In this document: positions 27,123 through 36,248 of the stretch, in pieces
How the letters are laid out: every line of letters starts with the position of its first letter
Numbering within the stretch: position 1 is the first letter of the stretch
Assembly: GCA_017404385.1 (NCBI GenBank)
Contig: JAFRCK010000017.1
Coordinates: 3,419-67,418, forward strand
DNA: 64,000 nucleotides
Source of the DNA: Bacilli bacterium
GTDB taxonomy: Bacteria > Bacillota_I > Bacilli_A > RF39 > UBA660
Direction of reading: 5' to 3'
Program-made: the position numbers and the translations under genes
The notes under the pieces: model-generated
Database searches by the model: none
What the model saw: the letters and a program-made list of their open reading frames with translations, nothing else
Told to the model about the DNA's origin: nothing

Positions 27123-28508
27123 TTATCTCCTTTTAGTATTTCTTGTTAATATTGAATTTCTTTTGTTTAATTTATATCTTTTAGTTAATATAAAATTATT
27201 CTTTTGTTCATCAAAGTTAAATGGTGCATATGGAACTGTATAATCAAATCCAAAACTATCTATAGAACAAACTCTAATTAGGAATAACAAAGAAGCAATA
27301 AATATTCCATATAGACCAACAAAGGCACCTAATAATAAAAATATTAGTTTCCATAGTCTAATTGTATTAACAACATCATTATCATTAAATAAAAATGAAG
27401 CTACTGAAGATATAGCTATTATGATTATCATAATAGGTGAAATAATTCCAGCATTAACAGCTGCATCTCCAAGTACTAAGGCACCGACAATCGACATTGA
27501 TGAACCAACGACAAATGGAACTCTGGTATCAGCTTCTCTTAGTATTTCAAAAGTGAACCATAAAAGAATTGCTTCAACAATTGATGGAAAAGGAACACCT
27601 TCACGCTGCATAGAAAAATTTATTAATAGAGATGTAGGTAATGTTTCTTGGTTAAATGTTGTTAAAGCAATATAAATACCAGGGGTAATTATCGCTACTA
27701 AAAAAGCAACTATTCTAATAATTCTTGTAATAGATACGTTTTTATTATTCTGATAATAGTCATCAATATTCTTTATATAATCAGAAAAGAAGGATGGTAT
27801 AATTAACACTTGTGGTGAATTCTCTACAACAATTGAACATCTTCCTTCCATCATACAAAATGATACAAAGTCAGGTCTTTCTGTCATTAAGTTAGTTGGG
27901 AACATATAAGACTTATCAGTTAGATTATCAGCTATATAATTACTATTAGCAACATAATCTAGACTCATTGTTTTTAATTTTTTTTCAATTTTATTAATTA
28001 AATCTTTATTAACAATGTCATCAACATATAAAAGAGATACTTTTGTTTTACTCTTTGTTCCAATAATAAATTCTTTAATAATCAATTTCTTTGATCTAAT
28101 TCTTTTTCGAATTAAACCTAAATTATTTTGATAATTTTCTGAAAATGAATCTTTAGGTCCTTTTATTACTTTTTCATTACTAGCTTCATTTATTCCAGAA
28201 TCAAGACTATACTTTGTTTCAAAAGCTATGTAATCATTATTGATGTTAATAATTGTAAAACCAGAGTATAAACAAAATTCTAATTCCTTATTATCTTTTA
28301 AATCTATAAAGTTATTAATTGGTAACTTGTTTTTAATGTCATTAATATTATCTAATTCATTATTTAATATTGGTTTTAAAATAAAATCGTTTATATCATT
28401 TGATGAACAAAGTGATTCAAAATATATGATATTAATAGTATTATTATTTATAATTATTTCTCTTTTTTTTAAATCGGGATTATTATTAATTAATTCATTT
28501 ATATTCAT
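27123..28508 (-). CDS. spore germinant receptor A subunit (GerAA/GerKA family)
   Basis: Soluble N-domain + C-terminal 4-5 TM. ATG (complement of 28506-28508) with AAAGGAG RBS. Track ORF extends to TTG at 28538. Confidence 0.65.
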   Translation of the reverse strand: MNINELINNNPDLKKREIIINNNTINIIYFESLCSSNDINDFILKPILNNELDNINDIKNKLPINNFIDLKDNKELEFCLYSGFTIININNDYIAFETKYSLDSGINEASNEKVIKGPKDSFSENYQNNLGLIRKRIRSKKLIIKEFIIGTKSKTKVSLLYVDDIVNKDLINKIEKKLKTMSLDYVANSNYIADNLTDKSYMFPTNLMTERPDFVSFCMMEGRCSIVVENSPQVLIIPSFFSDYIKNIDDYYQNNKNVSITRIIRIVAFLVAIITPGIYIALTTFNQETLPTSLLINFSMQREGVPFPSIVEAILLWFTFEILREADTRVPFVVGSSMSIVGALVLGDAAVNAGIISPIMIIIIAISSVASFLFNDNDVVNTIRLWKLIFLLLGAFVGLYGIFIASLLFLIRVCSIDSFGFDYTVPYAPFNFDEQKNNFILTKRYKLNKRNSILTRNTKRR

Positions 28509-28577
28509 AAAAAGCTCCTTTATAATTAGTTTGTACAATTTTTAATAAAATATAGTATAATAACACTAGGTGTTTTT

Positions 28578-29807
28578 ATGAAGTTGGGAAAAGAATTAAT
28601 TGTAAAAGTTGTAAGATTGAATAATGAAGCTGAGGGTGTTGCGATAAAAGATGGACTTGTAATATTCATTAAGGGAGCACTACCAGAAGAAGATGTAAAA
28701 ATAAAAATAATTGAAATGAAAAAGAATTACGCAATTGGTGAATTAATAGAAGTAATATCAATTAATAATAAAAGAACAATACCTTTATGTCCTTTTTATG
28801 GTAAATGTGGTGGGTGCGATATAATGCATATGAACAAGGAATTACAACTTGAATTTAAAAAACAAAAAGTAATAGATGTCTTTAAAAAAATATGTAAATT
28901 AGAATTAAATGTAAATGATACACTTTCATACAATAATAACAATTATAGAAATAAAGTAGTATTAAGAATAGAGGGTAATAGTATTGGTTATTATGAACCA
29001 AAAAGTAATAAATTAGTTGGAATAAATGAATGCTTACTTTGTGACCCATTAATAAATGAAGCAATTTCAAAAATAAAGGATTTTATTGGTTATTATACTA
29101 GCCACAGAATTAATGAAGTAATGATAAGGGTCGCTAAAGATGAATTAATGATTTGTATAGATACAATTAATAAAAGATGGATTGATAAGTTTATAAAAAG
29201 ATTAGATATTGCATCATGTATTTATGTGGGTAATGACTTAGTATACGGAATGGATAGTATTAATCAAAAATTAAATGATTTAGTATTTGATATTTCACCT
29301 AAATCATTCTTTCAAGTTAATCCAGTAACTGCTGAAAAATTGTTTGAATTTGCATTAAAGAATATAAATGAACAAAACATATGCGTAGATCTTTATTCAG
29401 GTACTGGTACAATAGCCATTTCCTTAGCAAAAAAATCTAGAAGAGTAATAGCAATTGAATCTAATAAATCAGCTGTTGAAGATGCTAAAAGTAATATGGT
29501 TCTAAATAATTTAGATAATGTTGAATTTATGCATGGAAGGGTAGAAGACCTAATTGATGAATTAAAAGATTTAAATATTGATACACTAGTTTTAGATCCA
29601 CCAAGAAGTGGTAGTGATAAAAGAAGTTTACGAGCACTATTAAAATTTAAACCAAAAAATATTATCTATATTTCTTGTAATCCAGTAACTCTAGCTAGGG
29701 ACTATAATGTAATTAGAAACTTATATGAAATAACTGAAGTACAACCATTTGATATGTTCCCAAATACACATCATGTTGAAACAGTTATGGTTTTAGAAAG
29801 AAGGTAG
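28578..29807 (+). CDS. 23S rRNA (uracil-C5)-methyltransferase, RlmCD/RumA family
   Basis: TRAM-like N-terminus, 4Fe-4S Cys cluster CPFYGKCGGCDIMH, SAM motif DLYSGTGTIAISLA, DPPRSG. Confidence 0.8.
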   Translation: MKLGKELIVKVVRLNNEAEGVAIKDGLVIFIKGALPEEDVKIKIIEMKKNYAIGELIEVISINNKRTIPLCPFYGKCGGCDIMHMNKELQLEFKKQKVIDVFKKICKLELNVNDTLSYNNNNYRNKVVLRIEGNSIGYYEPKSNKLVGINECLLCDPLINEAISKIKDFIGYYTSHRINEVMIRVAKDELMICIDTINKRWIDKFIKRLDIASCIYVGNDLVYGMDSINQKLNDLVFDISPKSFFQVNPVTAEKLFEFALKNINEQNICVDLYSGTGTIAISLAKKSRRVIAIESNKSAVEDAKSNMVLNNLDNVEFMHGRVEDLIDELKDLNIDTLVLDPPRSGSDKRSLRALLKFKPKNIIYISCNPVTLARDYNVIRNLYEITEVQPFDMFPNTHHVETVMVLERR

Positions 29808-29864
29808 AAAAATCTTTACTAAAGGTAATTTTAATATATAATATTTTATATGGAGGGTTTGTTT

Positions 29865-30497
29865 ATGGATAAAACAGAATATAAAACAATAATGAGTTTA
29901 TTAAGCGAATATAAAATAGATGAATTAAAGCAGTATTTAGAGAAAAGAATGAATTCTAAATATTCGAATAATGCAAGAAAGGCGATAATGAGTTTGATAA
30001 ATGAAGATTGTATTAAAGATTATCCAAGTTATTATCAACGAACAAAGCTACATCAAAGTGTATTAAAAACTTATTGTGGTATTTTTGCAAAAACTGATGA
30101 TGGTATTATTTTACTTCATAAAGGTAGCAATTTGTTTCAACTATATGATAAAAATGTTTTAGATCCAACATTAGAAGAAATAATGGAAAGATCATGGTCT
30201 TATGGTGTTGAAACAAAAAATAAAAAATTAGAATTTGCAAAAAGATTATTATCAATTTTAGATAATAGATATCAAAAAGATATATATTGTACCAGAGAAG
30301 ATGATAAACATATTGAAGCTTTGCCATCCGACGAAGCAACTTCTGTTTATGTTCCGAAGAATTATTACGACACTGCTCATATCCTTTTAGGAGAACCGGT
30401 AGAAGAATATATGGATAATAAAGGTAATGGAATTTATCTCAAGTCACCAAATGGCAAAGCATTAATAATGAAAATGATACATGAAGAAAAGAAGTAA
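29865..30497 (+). CDS. hypothetical protein (211 aa)
   Basis: GGAGGG RBS before ATG 29865. No motif recognised. Confidence 0.45.
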   Translation: MDKTEYKTIMSLLSEYKIDELKQYLEKRMNSKYSNNARKAIMSLINEDCIKDYPSYYQRTKLHQSVLKTYCGIFAKTDDGIILLHKGSNLFQLYDKNVLDPTLEEIMERSWSYGVETKNKKLEFAKRLLSILDNRYQKDIYCTREDDKHIEALPSDEATSVYVPKNYYDTAHILLGEPVEEYMDNKGNGIYLKSPNGKALIMKMIHEEKK

Positions 30498-30587
30498 TGA
30501 ATCCTATAATAAATAATTGTAAAATCTAACTTGATTTATAAATAAAATAATGGAATTAGATAATGTAAAAACAAAGGAGATTAAAAG

Positions 30588-31007
30588 ATGAGTAATTATA
30601 CTGATAAAGAGAAAGAAATTATAAAACAATGTAATAATGGACCTTTTCATACACTAATTACAAAATTATCTAATGATGAATTTGACGATTTGGTTTTAAA
30701 ATTAATTAATGATGACAATTCATATACTTTGACAAGTTTAGTTTCTATTTACTGGGATTATAACAGAAATAAAATAATAGATTATTTTATTGATAAAGGA
30801 GATATTGAGTTGTTATTGGGGTTCTTAGATTATTGTAATGATTTTAGTACACTAAATAATCAATTAGATCAAAAATATGTTGTAGATAAACTATTAGAAA
30901 AGAATGATAAAAAGTTTATAAAAGATATATTAGAGAGCAATTCTATATACTTTTTAACTAATACGGAAGAAAAAAATAGATTATTAGATTTTATTTCGAC
31001 ATCGTGA
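30588..31007 (+). CDS. hypothetical protein (139 aa)
   Basis: AAGGAG RBS. No motif recognised. Confidence 0.45.
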   Translation: MSNYTDKEKEIIKQCNNGPFHTLITKLSNDEFDDLVLKLINDDNSYTLTSLVSIYWDYNRNKIIDYFIDKGDIELLLGFLDYCNDFSTLNNQLDQKYVVDKLLEKNDKKFIKDILESNSIYFLTNTEEKNRLLDFISTS

Positions 31008-31065
31008 TATTTAAAAATTATACTTTGTTAAAATAATTGGAAGATTATGATTTTAGAAAAGAAAG

Positions 31066-31806
31066 ATGTTTAAAGGACATTTTTTTTTAGTAGTAAAAAT
31101 TAGAACAGTATGGGATAAGGAGCAAGAAAAATACTATATCAGTGTAGTAGATATAATAGCTGTTTTAACGGAAAGTGCTGATGCTACTGCATATTGGAGA
31201 AAGTTAAAACAAAGACTAAAAAAGATGGTAATGAAACTGTGACAAATTGTCACGCTTTAAAATTGTTAGCTAAAGATGGAAAAAAGAGACTTACTGATGT
31301 TCTTGACATTGAAGGAATGTTTAGACTTATTGAATCCATTCCTAGTAAGAAAGCAGAGCTAATTAAATTATGGCTTGCACATTTAGGAAAAGAAAGAATA
31401 GATGAAGAATATGATCTTAAAATAACAATTAATAGAGCTTTAGAAACATATAAGAAAGGGTTGTTCAGATGGTTGGATTAATCAAAGACTGAAAGCAATA
31501 GATGCTAGAAAAGAATTTACTGATGAATTAAAACATAAAGGTATAGAGAAAAGTAATGATTTTGCGGCATTAACTAATTTATTAACTAAAGTATGGAGTG
31601 GTTTTTCTGTTAAAGAGTATAAAGAATATAAAGGTCTAACAAAAGAAAATAATGAAATAAAAATATATGCTCCATATGGTTTAAGTGATATTTTTAGTAA
31701 AACAATAAGACCTATTAAACATAAATATAATACTAAAGAAATATACGATAAAAAGGTTATGAGTTGGAACGAAAGATTTGATAATTTAAATATTATTGGG
31801 TGGTAA
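31066..31806 (+). pseudogene. Bro-N / DinD (DNA-damage-inducible protein D) family gene disrupted by two homopolymer frameshifts
   Basis: Three consecutive frames read MFKGHFFLVVKIRTVWDKEQEKYYISVVDIIAVL...YWRKLKQRLKK | DGNETVTNCHALKL...GMFRLIESIPSKKAELIKLWLA...ETYKK | GCSDGWINQRLKAIDARKEFTDELKHKGI...KEYKEYKGLTKENNE. Shifts fall at A6 (31218-31223) and GGG (31458-31460). Confidence 0.55.
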
Positions 31807-31901
31807 TTTGCTTATAATAAAAAAATGATAAAAAGTAAATCTAATATATGTGATTTAATTTTTTTGTAGTATAATATTATTGATAATAGAAAGGAGAATA
31901 T

Positions 31902-33392
31902 ATGAAAAAAATTAAATCTTTATTTGCAATTGGTTTAATTACATTAATTACAATTCCAACTTTAGTGTTTGCAGAACCACCAGCTAAACCTCCTGGAGAT
32001 TCAAATGGAGGACCTGGAGGAAATAGTAGTTCATCTAGTGTAACGCATTCAGGAGCAACAACATTTTCTTCTAATACAGAAGAGAATAACAAAACATATT
32101 CAAGTAGTACAGCAGAACAAAATGCATTATTAGTATCAGGAGGAACAAGTACAATAAATAGTTGTACTATAAATAAAACAGGAAGTCCAAGTTCACATAG
32201 TGATAATTATGATTTTTATGGAACTAATGCAGCCATATTTGTAAATAATGGTGCAACTTTAAATATTAAAGGTGGAACTATTACAACTGATGCTTCATAT
32301 GGAAATGGTGTATTTTCATATGGTACTGGTGTTATTAATATTAGTGATGCTACAATAAATACATCTTCAAATAATTCAGGTGGAGTTATGGTAACTGGAG
32401 GAGGAACTTTAACAGCAAATAGCTGTACTGTCAAAACAGAGGGTAATTCTTCTGCAGCTATTAGATCTGATAGAGGAGGAGGAACATTAACAGTTAATAA
32501 AGGAACTTATGAAACAAATGGGACAGGTTCACCAGTTATTTATTCTACAGCAGATATTATAGTTAACGATGCACAGTTAACAGCAAATGTTTCTGAAGGA
32601 GTTGTAGTTGAAGGTAAAAACTCTGTTACTTTAAATAATGTTACAATGGAAGCAACTAATACAAAATTAAATGGTAATTCAGAAACTTATAAATCTATAT
32701 TTATTTATCAATCAATGTCTGGAGATGCAGATGTAGGAACAAGTTCATTTACTGCTAAAGATTCTAACATAACAAATAATAAAGGTGAAATAATATTTGT
32801 TACAAATACAAATACAGTTATTACTTTAGAAAATAATACAATAACAAATAATGATTCTGATGGTGCCTTCTTAAAAGCAACAACTGCTAAATGGGGAACA
32901 TCTGGATCTAATGGTGGTAATGTAACACTTAATATGACTAATCAAAAAGTAGGTGGAGATTTCATAATTGACAATATTTCAACACTTGCATTAACTATGA
33001 AAAGTGGAAGTGTTATAGTAGGAGCAATTGATAAAGAAAACCAAGCAAAAAATGTGACTTTAGCAATATCATCTGATTCAGTATTATCATTAACAGCAGA
33101 TACTTATTTAGATTCGCTAGCAAATGATGATAATACAAATTCAAATATTTATTCTAATGGGAAATATAAGTTATATGTAGATGGAAAAGAAGTAAGCATA
33201 AATTCAGGTTCTTATGATTCATCAAATGTAACTTCAAATACCACAAATACAACTACAACAACTAGCGATAATAAAAATAACCAAAATAATATTATTCTTT
33301 ATTATGCTATTGGTGGAATTGCTTTATTAGTAGTAATAGGTGTTTGTTCAGTTATAATTATTAAAAAGAAAAATAAATCACAAATGAATTAG
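31902..33392 (+). CDS. secreted G/S/T-rich beta-helix-like repeat protein with C-terminal TM anchor
   Basis: Signal peptide MKKIKSLFAIGLITLITIPTLVFA. Repeated GGT(L/I)T.N..T motifs. C-terminal IGGIALLVVIGVCSVIII + KKKNK. Terminator 33434-33461. Confidence 0.55.
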   Translation: MKKIKSLFAIGLITLITIPTLVFAEPPAKPPGDSNGGPGGNSSSSSVTHSGATTFSSNTEENNKTYSSSTAEQNALLVSGGTSTINSCTINKTGSPSSHSDNYDFYGTNAAIFVNNGATLNIKGGTITTDASYGNGVFSYGTGVINISDATINTSSNNSGGVMVTGGGTLTANSCTVKTEGNSSAAIRSDRGGGTLTVNKGTYETNGTGSPVIYSTADIIVNDAQLTANVSEGVVVEGKNSVTLNNVTMEATNTKLNGNSETYKSIFIYQSMSGDADVGTSSFTAKDSNITNNKGEIIFVTNTNTVITLENNTITNNDSDGAFLKATTAKWGTSGSNGGNVTLNMTNQKVGGDFIIDNISTLALTMKSGSVIVGAIDKENQAKNVTLAISSDSVLSLTADTYLDSLANDDNTNSNIYSNGKYKLYVDGKEVSINSGSYDSSNVTSNTTNTTTTTSDNKNNQNNIILYYAIGGIALLVVIGVCSVIIIKKKNKSQMN

Positions 33393-33490
33393 ATTATTTT
33401 CCAGTTTGAAAACAATCGTAATATTAAGATATTAGGAGAATGTAAAAATTCTCCTTTTTTATGATATAATACTTATGGAGTTGATTAATA

Positions 33491-33976
33491 ATGAAGAAAG
33501 TCGTATTAAGTTTTTTGATTATTGTTTTGATTTTTATGGCAGTTGGATGTGTGTCTAAAAAAAATGAAACAAATAATCAAAATACTCAAACTAATCAACG
33601 AGAAAAGAATAATAATGAATCAAATAATTCAAATGAGGTGGTTAAATCTGTGAAAGCAATTATTAATGGAAAAGAATATATAATAAATTTAGAAGATAAT
33701 GAAACAGCTAAAAGTTTTGCTGGTTTATTGCCTCAGGAATTAAATATGAGCGAATTAAATGGTAATGAAAAATATGTTTATATGGATAATTCTTTAAAGA
33801 CTAATTCATATAATCCTAATCATATAGAAAAAGGTGATGTAATGCTTTATGGAGATAATTGTTTAGTTATATTTTATGAATCATTTGATACATCATATAG
33901 TTATACTAAAATAGGACATATAGATAATTTACCAGATTTAGGAGAAGGAAATATAACAATTAAATTCGAAAAATAA
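33491..33976 (+). CDS. lipoprotein, possibly cyclophilin-like-fold family
   Basis: Lipobox AVGC. Unverified. GDVMLYGDNCLVIFY segment. Followed by flavodoxin gene. Confidence 0.4.
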   Translation: MKKVVLSFLIIVLIFMAVGCVSKKNETNNQNTQTNQREKNNNESNNSNEVVKSVKAIINGKEYIINLEDNETAKSFAGLLPQELNMSELNGNEKYVYMDNSLKTNSYNPNHIEKGDVMLYGDNCLVIFYESFDTSYSYTKIGHIDNLPDLGEGNITIKFEK

Positions 33977-33993
33977 TTAATGAGGAGGATAAA

Positions 33994-34488
33994 ATGAAAG
34001 ATAAAAAAAGTTTAATTATTTATTATAGTAGAGCAGATGAAAATTATTCTGTTGGATATGTAGAAAAAGGTAATACAGAATATGTAGCAGAATATGTTAA
34101 AGAATTTACTAATGCTGATATGTTTAAAGTAGAACCTTTAGTACCTTATTCAAAAGATTATGAAACATGTATTAAAGAAGCTAAAGAAAGAATAGGTAAT
34201 GCTCCAATTAAAGAAACAATAAATGATATATCTATGTATGAAGTTATTTATATAATGACACCAATTTATTGGGGAACATATGCACCTGAAATAGAAACTG
34301 CTATAAAGGATTTAGATTTTAGCGGTAAAACAGTTAGAGTTATTACTACACATGAAGGATCAGGTCTTGCTAATGTAGTTAATGATATAAAAAGAATATG
34401 TGTTGGTGCAAATGTATTAGATGATGCACTTGCTATATTTGGACATGAAGCAAAAGATTCAAAGAATAAAATAGAAAAGTGGGTGTAG
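33994..34488 (+). CDS. flavodoxin-like protein
   Basis: IIYYS.A N-terminal FMN-binding loop pattern. 164 aa. GAGGAGG RBS. Confidence 0.55.
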   Translation: MKDKKSLIIYYSRADENYSVGYVEKGNTEYVAEYVKEFTNADMFKVEPLVPYSKDYETCIKEAKERIGNAPIKETINDISMYEVIYIMTPIYWGTYAPEIETAIKDLDFSGKTVRVITTHEGSGLANVVNDIKRICVGANVLDDALAIFGHEAKDSKNKIEKWV

Positions 34489-34496
34489 AGGTAATA

Positions 34497-35609
34497 ATGA
34501 AAAATAACCGTGAAAAATTAGTTATTAGAACAAGTATAATTAGTATTATATCTAACATTGTACTTGCTTCCTTTAAAGCATTTGTAGGATTACTATCTAA
34601 TTCCATAGCAATTATATCAGATGCTGTTAATAATTTAAGTGATGCATTATCTAGCATTATAACAATAGTTGGAACTAAATTAGCAGGTAAGGCACCAGAT
34701 CAAAAACATCCATATGGATATGGAAGAATAGAATATATTACATCTTTAATAGTTTCTGCAATAGTACTATATGCAGGTATTACTGCTTTAGTAGAATCTA
34801 TTAAAAAAATAATTAATCCAGAAATACCAGATTATAGTACTATAACATTAATTATTTTAATCGCAGGAATAATAGTTAAATTTATATTAGGAATATATGT
34901 TAAGAAAAAAGGTAAAGAAGTTAATTCTGATTCTTTAGTAGCAAGTGGATCAGATGCATTTAATGATGCAATTTTATCTATCTCAGTTCTAGCTTCTGCG
35001 ATTATCTATTTAATATTTGATATAAGTATAGAAGCATATGTTGGTGTATTATTATCAATCTTTATTATTAAAACAGGATTAGAATTAATAAAAGATTCTG
35101 TTGATAATATGTTAGGATTAAGAGTAGAAAGTGATTTATCTAGAGCTATTAAAAAAGAGATTACTAAAGAAAAAGATGTTCAAGGAGCATATGATTTAGT
35201 ACTAAATGATTATGGACCAGATAAATATTTAGGTTCTGTTCATATAGAAGTAGCGGATACTTTATCAGTTTCAGATATAGATAAAATATCTAGAAGAGTA
35301 TCAAAGACTATTTTGAAAAAGTATGGTGTATTATTACATACAATTGGAGTATATTCAGTAAATACTAAAGATAAGAAAGTAATTGAAACAAAACAAGAAA
35401 TAACAAAGATAGTTTTTTCTCATAAAGGAATATTACAAATGCATGGTTTTTATTTAGATGAAGAAGATAAGAGCATTAGCTTTGATATTATTATTGATTT
35501 TAAAATAAAGAATAGAGAAGAATTATATAAAGAAATATATAATGAAGTAAAGAATAAATATAAAGATTATAAGATTGAAATAACATTAGATATAGACGTA
35601 AGTGATTAG
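34497..35609 (+). CDS. cation diffusion facilitator family transporter (CzcD/FieF-like)
   Basis: 6 TM with SNSIAIISDAVNNLSD and HPYGYGRIEY signatures. C-terminal cytoplasmic domain. Confidence 0.8.
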   Translation: MKNNREKLVIRTSIISIISNIVLASFKAFVGLLSNSIAIISDAVNNLSDALSSIITIVGTKLAGKAPDQKHPYGYGRIEYITSLIVSAIVLYAGITALVESIKKIINPEIPDYSTITLIILIAGIIVKFILGIYVKKKGKEVNSDSLVASGSDAFNDAILSISVLASAIIYLIFDISIEAYVGVLLSIFIIKTGLELIKDSVDNMLGLRVESDLSRAIKKEITKEKDVQGAYDLVLNDYGPDKYLGSVHIEVADTLSVSDIDKISRRVSKTILKKYGVLLHTIGVYSVNTKDKKVIETKQEITKIVFSHKGILQMHGFYLDEEDKSISFDIIIDFKIKNREELYKEIYNEVKNKYKDYKIEITLDIDVSD

Positions 35610-35618
35610 GAGGTATAT

Positions 35619-36158
35619 ATGTCAATATTTGATTATTCTATAGTAGATAGAAATAGTAAAAAAGTAAGTTTAAAAGAATATAAAGGAAAAGTATTAATAA
35701 TAGTTAATACAGCAACTGGATGTGGTTTTACTCCTCAATATGAAGGATTAGAAAAACTATATAAAGAATATCATGATAAAGGCTTAGAAATAATTGATAT
35801 TCCATGTAATCAATTTGGAAATCAAGCACCTGGGAGTGATGATGAAATACATGAATTTTGTGCATTAAAGTATAATACATCATTTGATCAATTTTCTAAA
35901 GCAGATGTTAATGGTGAAAATGAATTAGAATTATATACTTATTTAAAAGAACAAATAAAAGAAGATACTATTGAGGGTATGAAGAATAAAATGGCTATGA
36001 AAGCTATTGATAAAATAAGTAAAACTGCAAAAAAAGATGGAGATATTAAATGGAATTTTACTAAGTTTTTAGTAGATAAAGAAGGTAATGTAGTAGGTAG
36101 ATATTCTCCTACATTTAAACCAGAAAATATGGAAGATAAAATTAAAGAGTTATTATAA
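35619..36158 (+). CDS. glutathione peroxidase
   Basis: VLIIVNTATGCGFTPQYEGLE, CNQFGNQ, WNFTKFLV motifs. Terminator 36165-36189. Confidence 0.85.
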   Translation: MSIFDYSIVDRNSKKVSLKEYKGKVLIIVNTATGCGFTPQYEGLEKLYKEYHDKGLEIIDIPCNQFGNQAPGSDDEIHEFCALKYNTSFDQFSKADVNGENELELYTYLKEQIKEDTIEGMKNKMAMKAIDKISKTAKKDGDIKWNFTKFLVDKEGNVVGRYSPTFKPENMEDKIKELL

Positions 36159-36248
36159 AGAATTGATGTCAAATTGGCATCTTTTTTTATTGTGTTTTAA
36201 ATGATTATATGTTATTATTTTTATATTAGAATAAAGGTAGATGTGTGT

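Noticed and set aside
31066-31806. Prophage call based on the Bro-N/DinD gene
   Set aside because: No integrase, capsid, terminase or other phage genes occur within several kb. A single Bro-N/DinD gene, and a broken one at that, is insufficient.
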